Shown piece by piece: positions 10,100 through 19,116 of a stretch of 64,000 bases of DNA. Both the position numbers and the translations under genes were made by a program. The stretch lies in NCBI GenBank assembly GCA_041581135.1, contig JBFGCM010000007.1, positions 1,963 through 65,962 on the forward strand, given 5' to 3'. Origin of the DNA: Acidimicrobiia bacterium (lineage in GTDB: Bacteria > Actinomycetota > Acidimicrobiia > Spongiisociales > UBA5794). The number at the start of each line of letters is the position of its first letter. Position 1 is the first letter of the stretch. A model generated the notes under the pieces. That model made no database searches. It saw nothing but the letters and a program-made list of their open reading frames with translations, and was not told the origin of the DNA.

Positions 10100-10135
10100 G
10101 TAACACTTGTTCGACGTTTGTAAGAGGTGAGTGAA
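10100..10135 (-). promoter_or_regulatory. putative OmpR-family direct-repeat operator
   Basis: On the minus strand TTCAC-N6-CTTAC-N6-CGAAC (11-bp period), then GTTAC, in an AT-richer patch just upstream of the response regulator. Confidence 0.4.
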
Positions 10136-10148
10136 GGAAACGGGCGAC

Positions 10149-11075
10149 CTACACCAGCGGGAGTGCTTCCACCCGGGCCGAGGCCGTGCCGCCTTCCCAG
10201 GTGACCTCGACCCTGTCGGCGGGCTGCACCTCACGACGGATGAGGCCCAGGCCGACCGGAGCCATCACTTCGAGCGACTCGGCGACCGATGTGATCCGAC
10301 CGACCACCCGCTCGCCGCTGACGACTTCGGCGCCCTCGGGCGGCAACACGTTGTCCTCGAGCACGACGGCGCGCAGATGCCGGTTGACGTGGCCGCGAGA
10401 GTCGATGCGGGCCACCAGCTCCTGGCCCAGGTAGCACCCCTTGGTGAAGGACACGGCGCCCTCGACCACATCTGCTTCCTGGGGAATGGTCGACCCATCG
10501 ATGTCGACTCCCATGCGGGGCTCCCCCTGCTCCACTCGCACGGCGGTCAGCGCCAGGCGGCCGGCGCGGGCCGCCCCGTTGCCGAGCACGGTGGGCTCGG
10601 ACTCCTCAGCGATGAAGTAGCGAGGCAGAGAACCCAACGGGGCCTTTGCCACCAGTGGATGCGCCGACCAGCCATCGGTGACGAGCTCGATGCGACCGAG
10701 CACGGTGGCTGCCTCGGGCCCCACGAGGCTGGAGAGCTCTGCAGGCCCGGTGATCTGCGCATCCACCCGTATCTTGAACCGGGAGAGATCGCCGACGACG
10801 TCGTCCCCCACCCCGGCGTCGGCAACGAGCCCGAACTCGGCGTCCCCGACCAACACCCAGAGCACCGCCCGCAGCTTGCCTTGCGGCGCCAGCAGCAGCG
10901 ACCGCACCACGCTCCCCGGTACCGCCGCCGCGAGGTCCTGACTGAGGAGTCCGTCGAGGAATCCGGCCGCGTCGGGCCCCCGCACCCACACCACTTCGTG
11001 CGTGCCGGTGACCACCGCGGCGCCCGTGCGAAGTGAGGCGTATTCGCCGGTGACGTCGCCGTAGGAGTCAGACAT
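10149..11075 (-). CDS. YgfZ/GcvT-family folate-binding protein
   Basis: KGCYLGQE signature, V.GPDA..FL.GLLSQD, LL.PQGK; start overlaps the trpE stop. Confidence 0.92.
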   Translation of the reverse strand: MSDSYGDVTGEYASLRTGAAVVTGTHEVVWVRGPDAAGFLDGLLSQDLAAAVPGSVVRSLLLAPQGKLRAVLWVLVGDAEFGLVADAGVGDDVVGDLSRFKIRVDAQITGPAELSSLVGPEAATVLGRIELVTDGWSAHPLVAKAPLGSLPRYFIAEESEPTVLGNGAARAGRLALTAVRVEQGEPRMGVDIDGSTIPQEADVVEGAVSFTKGCYLGQELVARIDSRGHVNRHLRAVVLEDNVLPPEGAEVVSGERVVGRITSVAESLEVMAPVGLGLIRREVQPADRVEVTWEGGTASARVEALPLV

Positions 11076-12528
11076 CGCCGGCAGCTCCAATGGCGGCGAG
11101 GGCGGCGGCGGCCTTGTTCAGACACTCTTCGTACTCGGCGACGGCGACACTGTCCGCCACGATGCCGGCGCCCGCCTGCACCCAGGCCTTGCCACCGGCT
11201 ATCACAAGGGTTCGCAGTGCAATCGCCGTATCGAGGTTCCCGGAGAAGTCCACGTACCCCACCGCACCGGCGTATGGGCCACGAGCCGTCGGCTCCAGCT
11301 CGTCGATGATCTCCATCGCTCTCACCTTGGGCGCCCCCGACACCGTGCCATGCGGGAAGGTCGCTCGCAGGACGTCCACGGGACCCAGGCCGTCGCGGAT
11401 GCGGCCCGACACACCGGAGACGATGTGCATGACATGGGAATACCGCTCGATCACCATCAGCTCGTCCACCGTGATGGATCCGAACTCGCACACCCGACCC
11501 AGGTCGTTGCGCGCCAAATCGACCAGCATGACGTGCTCGGCCCGCTCCTTGGGATCGGCGAGCAGCTCGGCGGCCAGCGCCTCGTCCTCGCGCGGCGACA
11601 ATCCTCGAGGGCGGGTGCCGGCGATCGGTCGACTCGTCACCTGCCCGTCCCGTAGCCGCGACATCAACTCCGGCGACGAACCCGCGATGGAAAGGCCACG
11701 ACGCCGGACAAAGAACAGGAACGGTGACGGGTTCACCAGCCGCAGTGCCCGGTATACGGCAAACGGGTCGCCATCGAAGTCGGCCTCGAGCCGGAGCGAT
11801 GGCACGATCTGGAAGGCGTCGCCCGCATTGATGTAGTCGACGGCACGCTCCACCGAAGTGATGAACTCCGCCTTGGTGGTGTTCGACCGAGCCTCCGGCG
11901 CGACGTCGAACCGGGGACGGGCGTGCACCGTGTATGGCTGCCGATGGCCAAGGCGGTCCACCACCTCTCCCAGCTCGGCGGCGGCCTCGTCGTACTGATG
12001 CTCGGGATGATCCCCGACGTACACGTTGCGGAAGATCCGTAGCGTCTGCGCGAACCGGTCCAGCGCCACCACGAAACCGGGGAACATCCAGACCATCTCG
12101 GGAAGACCCCGATCGTCGGGAGGCGGATCGGGAAGATGCTCCACGTACCGCACACAGTCGTAGGACAGATACCCGACGCCCCCGGCGTAGAAAGGAGGCG
12201 CATCGTCGGGGACGGCGGTCCGATGCCGCTGCAGCACGATTTCGAGTGCCTCGAGCGGGTCGGCTCCGGACAGATCGATGTTGGAGCCCTCGAGCCGGCT
12301 CGTCCCGCCCTGGCTCACCAAGGTGACCTCGGGACGCCAGCCGACGAACGACCACCTCGCCCACCGCTCACCACCCTCGACGGACTCCAGCAGGAATCCG
12401 TCGTTGTCGCCGACCAACCTCTCGAAGACGGACACAGCCGTTTCGCGATCGCCGAGCACATCGATCCACACCGGCACCACCTCGTGTGAGGCGGCCAGCG
12501 TCATGAATTCGGCGCGTGAGGGCTGCAC
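11068..12528 (-). CDS. trpE: anthranilate synthase component I
   Basis: LLESVEGG, NPSP, GSSPE, RPIAGT, EHVMLVDLARNDLGR, YSHVMH, GTVSGAPK; located in the trp cluster. Confidence 0.93.
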   Translation of the reverse strand: MQPSRAEFMTLAASHEVVPVWIDVLGDRETAVSVFERLVGDNDGFLLESVEGGERWARWSFVGWRPEVTLVSQGGTSRLEGSNIDLSGADPLEALEIVLQRHRTAVPDDAPPFYAGGVGYLSYDCVRYVEHLPDPPPDDRGLPEMVWMFPGFVVALDRFAQTLRIFRNVYVGDHPEHQYDEAAAELGEVVDRLGHRQPYTVHARPRFDVAPEARSNTTKAEFITSVERAVDYINAGDAFQIVPSLRLEADFDGDPFAVYRALRLVNPSPFLFFVRRRGLSIAGSSPELMSRLRDGQVTSRPIAGTRPRGLSPREDEALAAELLADPKERAEHVMLVDLARNDLGRVCEFGSITVDELMVIERYSHVMHIVSGVSGRIRDGLGPVDVLRATFPHGTVSGAPKVRAMEIIDELEPTARGPYAGAVGYVDFSGNLDTAIALRTLVIAGGKAWVQAGAGIVADSVAVAEYEECLNKAAAALAAIGAAGDV

Positions 12529-12601
12529 GGGACCATATTGGTCCGTCCTGAGCCGTCACGGGCTGCCAACGAGCACCAGACCGGTGGAAGCGCCGACAGG
12601 A

Positions 12602-12743
12602 CGGGCTCCAACGACCGGCGCCGGAGCAGCGACAACACGACTCGGGCGGCCGTCGCCTGCGGGACCACGCACCAGAGCGGCAGCACGTAGCTGCGACGGC
12701 CCCACCACCCGGGCTCCGAGCACCCGCGCCGGAGCAGCTACAA
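12602..12743. repeat. 34-bp imperfect direct repeat, two copies (12602-12635 and 12710-12743), between ccdA and trpE
   Basis: CGGGCTCC-N9-CGCCGGAGCAGC(g/t)ACAA, 29/34 identical, period 108 bp. Each copy contains a GCTCC...GGAGC inverted repeat. Confidence 0.75.
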
Positions 12744-12745
12744 GG

Positions 12746-13501
12746 CTAAATAGTCGTGAGACCGTCCAGGTTGAGTCTTATCAAGAGATCGGTGAACCAC
12801 GAGGACAACCGGGTCAGCTCACCGGTCACCATGAGCACGCCAAAGCCGGCGAGCAGGAGGCCGGACGCCACGTTGATGGGACGGACATAGCGACGGACCC
12901 AGGTGAAGAACGAGAACGCCTTGGTCATGGCCAGGGAGGCCAGCAGGAAGGGGATGCCGAGCCCGAGGGAGTACGCAGCGAGCAATCCCATGCCGCGACC
13001 GACGGTGTCCTCGCTCGAAGCAAGGGCAAAGATGGCGGCGAGGACGGGACCGATGCACGGCGTCCAGCCGAATGCGAAGGCGGCACCCATCACCGGCGGA
13101 GCGAAGCTGCCCAGCTTGCTCGGTCGCACGTCGACCCGGCGTTCCCGCATGAAGGGCAAGAGGATGCGTGGGTTCCACACGGCGGTGACGGCGATGAACA
13201 CCCCCATCAGGATGACGACCCATCCGGCGATCCGGGTGAACGTGCCGAGGTTCTGTCGCATGAACGATCCCAAACCGGTGGCAAAGGCCCCCAACATCAC
13301 GAACACCGTGGTGAACCCGGCGATGAAGAGCAACGTGCCGGTGGCGACCTTGCGCACCGAGGCATTGCCCTCGGCGAGGTCCTGCACCGAGTACCCGGAC
13401 ATGAGGCTCAAGTAGCCGGGCAGCAACGGCAGCACGCACGGCGACACGAAGCTGAGCGCACCGAACACGAATGCGATGAGGAAATTGACGTCGGTTTCCA
13501 T
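12746..13501 (-). CDS. ccdA: cytochrome c biogenesis protein CcdA (DsbD transmembrane domain)
   Basis: SFVSPCVLPLLPGYL and AFGWTPCIGPVL motifs; about six TM helices. Confidence 0.94.
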   Translation of the reverse strand: METDVNFLIAFVFGALSFVSPCVLPLLPGYLSLMSGYSVQDLAEGNASVRKVATGTLLFIAGFTTVFVMLGAFATGLGSFMRQNLGTFTRIAGWVVILMGVFIAVTAVWNPRILLPFMRERRVDVRPSKLGSFAPPVMGAAFAFGWTPCIGPVLAAIFALASSEDTVGRGMGLLAAYSLGLGIPFLLASLAMTKAFSFFTWVRRYVRPINVASGLLLAGFGVLMVTGELTRLSSWFTDLLIRLNLDGLTTI

Positions 13502-13627
13502 CGGCCTCGCCCCTGGCTGACATCGGGCCACCCGCCCCGGAGGCCGGCTTCCGAAGCCAACCCGTCATGGTGGCGGTTGATTCCCATTATCCCGCCGGTC
13601 CGTCGTTGTGGGTAATCTCTCGGCCTC

Positions 13628-14881
13628 GTGGTGCTCCCGAATGCCCTCCGGCCGGCGACTCGGCTCAACGTCCGCGACCGGCGGATCGTGTTTCTCATGG
13701 CCGTGGCGGCGTTCGTGTCGGGGTATGGCGGGGCGTTGCTGAGTCACACCTTGCCATACGCCCGGATGAGCCTCGACTTGACGGAAGGCGAGTTCAACTG
13801 GGTGTTCGCCGCGACCAGAGCGGCTTCGTTCCTGGCGCTCCTCTTCGCGATGGTCGGCGATCGCCGCGGCCGGCGGCGACCGTTCCTGCTCGCCGTTGCG
13901 CTGCTCCCCACCTCCAACCTGCTCACGTCTCTGGTACCCGGCGCGATCCCTTTCGTGGTGTTCCAATCGATCACGCGTATCAGCGTGGTGGCGATCGCAG
14001 CGCTGGCCGTGGTGATCCTCGCCGAGGAGCTGAGCCCGCCGATTCGGGGATATGGCATCGGCATCTATGCCATGACATCGGCGATGGGCACCGGGCTCAG
14101 CCTCATCTTGCTGCCGATCACCGAGAGGAGCGATGACGCCTGGCGCATCCTCTTCGCACTCACCGCCGTCGGGTTCCTGGCCCTCCCGTTGCTGGCAAAG
14201 TTTCTCAACGAGTCGCGAGCCTTCGTGCCGGACCTCGACCCGGTCTCGTTCGGACAAGCCATGCGGGCGGGAGTGGGCAAGTACTTCTGGCCGCTTGCCG
14301 GCGTGGCGTTCTTCGTGGCCGCGTTCTCGTCACCGGCGTTCAACTTCGTCCTGGAGCGCATGATCGACGATCTGCAGTGGGAGGCGGGGCCGGCTCGGTT
14401 CTTGCTGATCGTGTTCTCCGGCGCCGGCACCCTGGGCTTGCTCGCAGGTGGCCGCGCCGCAGACTTGATCGGGCGCCGGCCTACCACTGTCGCCGCGATC
14501 CTCCTCGGCCTCGTTGGTGGCCTCGGCTTCTACTCACTCGGCTCTGGGTGGCTGTTGGCTCCCTCCATCTTCATCGCCTCGTTCGGCGCAAGCATGCTCA
14601 CACCGGCGTTCGGCGCCCACAAGACCGAGCTCTTCCCCACGCGGATTCGGGCCACCATCGGCGGCTGGATATCCAACGCGGCGATTGCCGGAAGCATCGG
14701 CGGTTTCGTGTTCGGAGCGCTGTACGTCGATTCGCTGGGCTTGTCCATGTCGATTGCCGTCCTCGGTGTGGGTCTGGTGTTCGCCACCTTCCTGGCGCTC
14801 AGGCTCCCGGAGACGAGGGGACGCGATCTGCTCGGAGCGGCCCGCGCAGCTGCCACACCGCCAGAGCACTCCCCCGAATAA
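13628..14881 (+). CDS. MFS transporter
   Basis: About 12 hydrophobic segments; GDRRGRR and ADLIGRR motif A; ELFPTRIRA; LPETRG. Confidence 0.9.
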   Translation: MVLPNALRPATRLNVRDRRIVFLMAVAAFVSGYGGALLSHTLPYARMSLDLTEGEFNWVFAATRAASFLALLFAMVGDRRGRRRPFLLAVALLPTSNLLTSLVPGAIPFVVFQSITRISVVAIAALAVVILAEELSPPIRGYGIGIYAMTSAMGTGLSLILLPITERSDDAWRILFALTAVGFLALPLLAKFLNESRAFVPDLDPVSFGQAMRAGVGKYFWPLAGVAFFVAAFSSPAFNFVLERMIDDLQWEAGPARFLLIVFSGAGTLGLLAGGRAADLIGRRPTTVAAILLGLVGGLGFYSLGSGWLLAPSIFIASFGASMLTPAFGAHKTELFPTRIRATIGGWISNAAIAGSIGGFVFGALYVDSLGLSMSIAVLGVGLVFATFLALRLPETRGRDLLGAARAAATPPEHSPE

Positions 14882-16127
14882 CCATCAACAGCACGAGACT
14901 CCACCACACCCCCTCGAGCCCCCAGCCCATCGGCCCCACCATCGCCAGACCCCCGACGGTGGCGGCGGCAGCCACGACCATCCACCTGGCGAGGTAGCCG
15001 AACGCCTGCGCACCGATCGCAATGCCGTCCCAGACGAACACGAGCGCATTGAGCGGTTGCATGACGATCACCAGCCAGTACACCGCTCCCACCGCCGCCA
15101 CCACCGCGGCATCGTCCGTGAAGAGCGATGGCAAGAACGGCCGGCCGATCCAGAGCGCGACCGACAGCCCGACTCCGGCGACGAGGCCAAGGCCGAGGAG
15201 CCGCACAGTCACGTCGCGAGCAAGCCGCACGTCGACCGCCAAGTAGCGACCGACCATCGCCTGGCCGGCCACGGCGAGCGCGTCGAGGACCAGGGCGAGG
15301 AACAACCACACCTGAAAGGCCACCTGGTGGGCGGCCACGGCGATGGTGCCGAGCCGGGTCGCGACCGCGGTGGCATAGGTGAACGCGGCCAGCAGCGCCG
15401 CCGTGCGCAGCACCAGTGCCCGACCGGCGCCCAGCAGGTGGCGCGCGTCCGACCACTTCGGCCGAGTCAGCACCACTCCGAGTTCGATACGGCGCGACTT
15501 CAGCAACAACCACCCGAACCAGAACGCACCCAGCCACTGCGCCACCACCGTTGCCCACGCCGCCCCCGCAACCCCCAATCCTGCTCCGAAGATGAGGAGC
15601 GGGTCCAACGCCAGGTTGATCACCGACACCACGACGGCCACTACGAACGGGGTGCGCGTGTCCTGGTACCCGCGGAAGGCACCATGGCCGACCGTGCTCA
15701 GCAACACGGCCGGCACGGCGAGCGCCCTGATTCGTAGGTACGTCAGTGCCGGAGGCGCCACCTCCTCGCCGGCGCCCATCACGCTCACGAACGCATCGTC
15801 GAACAACCACAGCGCGAGCGTTCCGGCGACGCCCAGGACGAGGCCCACCGCCAGCGCGGTCGCGACGAAGCGGCCGGCGCGCTCTCGCCTGCCTTCCGCG
15901 ACCTCGGCGGCCACGAAGGGCGTGGTGCCGTACGCAAGGAAGTTGAACAGGAAGAACGCCACCCCGAACACGGCGCCGGCGACCGCCAAACCGCCCAACT
16001 CGGCTGGTCCCAGCCGACCGACCCAGGCCGTGTCAACGAGCGACACCAGAGGGTCCGCCGCCAGGGCGCCCAGCGCCGGAAGGGCCAGCCGAGCGATCTC
16101 ATGGTCGTACGGGCTGCGGAACCTCAT
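14799..16127 (-). CDS. MATE-family efflux transporter (DinF-like)
   Basis: LALPALGALAADPLVSLVDTA.VGRLG, FRGYQDTRTP, NLALDPLLIF, AAHQV. The 3' end overlaps the convergent MFS gene by 83 bp. Confidence 0.92.
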   Translation of the reverse strand: MRFRSPYDHEIARLALPALGALAADPLVSLVDTAWVGRLGPAELGGLAVAGAVFGVAFFLFNFLAYGTTPFVAAEVAEGRRERAGRFVATALAVGLVLGVAGTLALWLFDDAFVSVMGAGEEVAPPALTYLRIRALAVPAVLLSTVGHGAFRGYQDTRTPFVVAVVVSVINLALDPLLIFGAGLGVAGAAWATVVAQWLGAFWFGWLLLKSRRIELGVVLTRPKWSDARHLLGAGRALVLRTAALLAAFTYATAVATRLGTIAVAAHQVAFQVWLFLALVLDALAVAGQAMVGRYLAVDVRLARDVTVRLLGLGLVAGVGLSVALWIGRPFLPSLFTDDAAVVAAVGAVYWLVIVMQPLNALVFVWDGIAIGAQAFGYLARWMVVAAAATVGGLAMVGPMGWGLEGVWWSLVLLMVIRGSALAVWQLRGPLRADRVPSSPGA

Positions 16128-16152
16128 GGGGTGGCAGCGGCCGATCGCTCGC

Positions 16153-16818
16153 TCACGGGGGACCGGGCGTCTTGTCCGGGTATGGGCAGCGATCTGCGAG
16201 AGGACACTCCCAGCAGCGAGGACGCTTGGCATCGCAGACGTCACGCCCGAACTGAATCACCCGCATCGAGATGCCCGACCACTTCCCTCGGGGGTAAAGC
16301 GCCATGAGCTTGGCCTCCACCTTCACAGGGTCGGATTCGTCCACCAGGCCGAGGCGATTGGTGACGCGCTTCACGTGCGTGTCGACTGCGATCGCGGGGA
16401 TGTCCCACATCTCCGCCAGCACCACCGATGCAGTCTTGCGGCCCACACCCCGCAGCTTGACGAGTTGGTCGAGATCCCGGGGTACCTCACCACCGTATGT
16501 GTCGAGCAGATCGACGGAGAGCTCCTGGATGGACTTGGCCTTCTGCCTGAAGAACCCGGTCGAGTACACCATCTGCTCGACCTCCTCGGGATTGGCCGCC
16601 GCAAGGTCGGCCGGGGTGGGCCAGCGGTCGAACAGACGACCCGACACCTTGTTGACGTTCTCGTCGGTGGTCTGCGCCGACAGCACGGTGACGACCAACA
16701 GCTGCCACGGGTTGTCGTAGTCGAGTGCGGTGCCGATGTCGGGGTAGCGTTTCTCGAGGCGGTTGAGGACGACCCGTGCCGCGCGACGCTCGGCGGCGGT
16801 TGTCTCCGGGAGCTGCAT
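16153..16818 (-). CDS. nth: endonuclease III
   Basis: LSAQTTD, HhH motif LRGVGRKTA, VDTHV, 4Fe-4S motif C-x6-C-x2-C-x5-C. Confidence 0.96.
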   Translation of the reverse strand: MQLPETTAAERRAARVVLNRLEKRYPDIGTALDYDNPWQLLVVTVLSAQTTDENVNKVSGRLFDRWPTPADLAAANPEEVEQMVYSTGFFRQKAKSIQELSVDLLDTYGGEVPRDLDQLVKLRGVGRKTASVVLAEMWDIPAIAVDTHVKRVTNRLGLVDESDPVKVEAKLMALYPRGKWSGISMRVIQFGRDVCDAKRPRCWECPLADRCPYPDKTPGPP

Positions 16819-16929
16819 GAGGGCTCGGATGTTACCTCTCGAGCCCCCTACCGTCGGGGGCGAGGTCACCACGGCACAGCGGCATCGAGGCCGGGCGTAG
16901 TCACGACGTCACGAGTACGCTTGCGCCTC

Positions 16930-17490
16930 TTGGATCTGCGCACTGCCGTCGAGAGGCACTCCCGGGTAGAGGGGAACCTGTTGCTCGTGGACGAGTTCCT
17001 CAACCATCGGGTGGATCCGGGCGTGCTCGCCGACATCGGGGCCTCGTTCTCCGCGTGCTTCGGGCCGAGTGCGCCGGACGCCATCATCACGGCAGAGGCG
17101 TCCGGTATCCCTCCGGCCATCGCCACCGGTCTGGCGCTCCGCGTTCCCGTGGTGTACGCCAAGAAGTTCCTCGGCCCGGGCGACCGCTATGCGTATTTCC
17201 GCGAAGTGGTCTCACCGACCAAGGGCGCCGAGTACCGCGTGGAAGTTGCCCGCCGGTTGCTGCAGGCGGGACAACGGATGATCGTCCTCGACGACTTCCT
17301 CTCGGGTGGTCGAACCGCCGAGGCACTCGGTGACATCATCGAGGAGGCAGGGTCGACGGTGGCCGGAATGGGCTTCGTCATCGAGAAGACCTACATGGAA
17401 GGACGCAGCCGGCTCGAGAACCATGGCTGGGAAGTCCATTCCCTGGTCAAGGTGCATTCGCTCGACGACGGGGTGATGAGGCTGGGATGA
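16930..17490 (+). CDS. xpt: xanthine phosphoribosyltransferase (B. subtilis Xpt type)
   Basis: VDEFLNHRVDP, TAEASGIPPA, PRPP-binding LDDFLSGG, GFVIEK. TTG start chosen from the 3' end of ORF 15379-17490. Confidence 0.88.
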   Translation: MDLRTAVERHSRVEGNLLLVDEFLNHRVDPGVLADIGASFSACFGPSAPDAIITAEASGIPPAIATGLALRVPVVYAKKFLGPGDRYAYFREVVSPTKGAEYRVEVARRLLQAGQRMIVLDDFLSGGRTAEALGDIIEEAGSTVAGMGFVIEKTYMEGRSRLENHGWEVHSLVKVHSLDDGVMRLG

Positions 17491-17945
17491 CGACGGAGCT
17501 TCCCGACGGAGTACCACTGGCAGAGGCGGTCACCGCCATCAAGCGGCAGTATGAGCGGTGTTTCGGGTGCGGCGATGCCAACCCGATGGGATTGCGCCTC
17601 GCCGAGTTCGTCAAGAACGGCGACACCATCACGGCTGCGTTCACTCCACGATCGGACTTCCGCGGCTTCGAGGGTGTCCTCCACGGCGGCATCGTGATGG
17701 CAGCGCTGGACGAGGTGATGGCGTGGACCGCGATGCTGGTCGAAGGCGTCTTCGTGGTCACGGGCACGCTCGATGTGCGGTTCGGGAAGACCGCCCCGGT
17801 CGACGCCGGCTACGAGATGCAGGGGAAGTTGGAGAAGCGCCGCGGGAAGCGCCTCATCATCTCCGGCGAGATGCGAACGGCCGAGACGACAGTGGCGTCC
17901 GCCCGCGGTCTCTTCGTCGCCGACGAGCGGGTGAATGTTCCCTGA
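17487..17945 (+). CDS. PaaI/hotdog-fold thioesterase
   Basis: CFGCG..NP.GL and GVLHGGIV...LDE motifs; ATGA overlap with xpt. Confidence 0.88.
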   Translation: MTTELPDGVPLAEAVTAIKRQYERCFGCGDANPMGLRLAEFVKNGDTITAAFTPRSDFRGFEGVLHGGIVMAALDEVMAWTAMLVEGVFVVTGTLDVRFGKTAPVDAGYEMQGKLEKRRGKRLIISGEMRTAETTVASARGLFVADERVNVP

Positions 17946-17967
17946 CCGCACGAGGTAGGTTGCCGCC

Positions 17968-18360
17968 GTGCACTTCGCCCGCTGGATCATCCTCATCGGC
18001 TATGCCCTGGCCGCTGCCGCCCTGGCGCTGCCCTATCTCAGCGCGCCGCTGATCGGCCACGTGAACGGGGTCGAAGGCGACGCCTGGCCGGTGCTGCTCT
18101 TCCTCTTCCCGGCTGCACTCCTTGCGCTCGCGGGGGACCGCGGCGAGGGATTCGGGCCGGTGAGCGCGGTCGTTGCCATCGTCTCGTGCAGCGTGGCCCT
18201 GCTGTTCGCCGTCGCCAAAGTCGCCGACGCCGCTGATGCCGCCGACCTCGCCCGAGCCGCCAGCGGCGACGGCTCCATCGGCATGGGGGCGTGGGCGCTC
18301 GTGGTCACGACCCTCGTGACGATCGGCGGGTGTGTCGCCGCACTGAGCCGGCGGGTCTGA
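17968..18360 (+). CDS. small 4-TM membrane protein, unknown function
   Basis: Four hydrophobic segments; TAGGTT-N6-GTG leaderless start. Confidence 0.7.
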   Translation: MHFARWIILIGYALAAAALALPYLSAPLIGHVNGVEGDAWPVLLFLFPAALLALAGDRGEGFGPVSAVVAIVSCSVALLFAVAKVADAADAADLARAASGDGSIGMGAWALVVTTLVTIGGCVAALSRRV

Positions 18361-18367
18361 CGATCGC

Positions 18368-18802
18368 TCAGCTCATCGCCACAACGATGCCGAGACCGAT
18401 GGCCAGGTACCCGAAGCCTCCGATCACCTGCCAGAAGGCGCGCGGATTGGCTTCCGGACGCAGCCCGGCGCGCAACCGGGCCATCGGATCTCGCGGCTTC
18501 TCGGCGTTGTCGGCGTCGGGGGCGGACAGGTCGTCGTCGACCGTGCTCCTCGCCCCGAAGAGTGCCTCCACCGAGCCCAACGTCAGGTTGCGGTAGCCAC
18601 CGCCGGAGGTACCGCCGGCCATGAGCAGGATGATGCCGTAGAACAGGATCGTGTAGCCGACGGCGACGAGCACGCGCGAGCTGCTCAGCAGGCCGATGAG
18701 GCCACCTGCGACCGCAGAGAGCACCAGGCCCAGGCCAAAGCTCTTCAGGTAGCCGGGCATGCGCTGGCTGAGAGGCAGTTCCTCTGGCTTATCGGCATCC
18801 AT
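18368..18802 (-). CDS. membrane protein, unknown function (3 TM, one at the C-terminus)
   Basis: MDADKPEELP... with two N-terminal TMs, a soluble loop and a C-terminal TM. Confidence 0.7.
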   Translation of the reverse strand: MDADKPEELPLSQRMPGYLKSFGLGLVLSAVAGGLIGLLSSSRVLVAVGYTILFYGIILLMAGGTSGGGYRNLTLGSVEALFGARSTVDDDLSAPDADNAEKPRDPMARLRAGLRPEANPRAFWQVIGGFGYLAIGLGIVVAMS

Positions 18803-18819
18803 GGGGTTCAAGTGTCCCT

Positions 18820-19107
18820 TCAGCCGACGACCGTCATGTGCCGGGACGCATCGCGCCGGGCTCGCATGCGCCGCAGCATGAGCACGGCGACACGGAGCAC
18901 ACCCAGGAGCACGAACAGCGACAGCATGAGCACGCCGATGAGCTCGGGACCGTCGAAGTACCCGGTCCGGCAAGAGCCGAGGCCACGATCGCAGATTCCC
19001 CACCCGTCACCGCCGCCCACCAGGTCGAGCAACACGAGCAGCGGCACGCTGGCCACGGCGATGATGGCGGCGAGGATCACCCCGATGAAGATGCGAATCG
19101 CGATCAC
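18820..19107 (-). CDS. small 2-TM membrane protein with a Cys-pair loop
   Basis: TM-GGGDGWGIC..GLGSC.TGYF.GPEL-TM-basic tail; TAACCT-N6-GTG start. Confidence 0.7.
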   Translation of the reverse strand: MIAIRIFIGVILAAIIAVASVPLLVLLDLVGGGDGWGICDRGLGSCRTGYFDGPELIGVLMLSLFVLLGVLRVAVLMLRRMRARRDASRHMTVVG

Positions 19108-19116
19108 GACGAGAGG

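Noticed and set aside
12686-12740. Classical trpL attenuator peptide (Trp-Trp codons)
   Set aside because: No ATG/GTG start before the Trp pair, no early stop and no U-tract terminator; kept only as an atypical candidate under findings.
12602-12743. Mini-CRISPR (34-bp partly palindromic repeat, two copies)
   Set aside because: Only two divergent copies, a 74-bp spacer, and no cas genes or AT-rich leader.
15379-17490. 703-aa fusion ORF ending in Xpt
   Set aside because: The upstream ~517 codons are antisense to the MATE and nth genes; the real gene starts near 16930.
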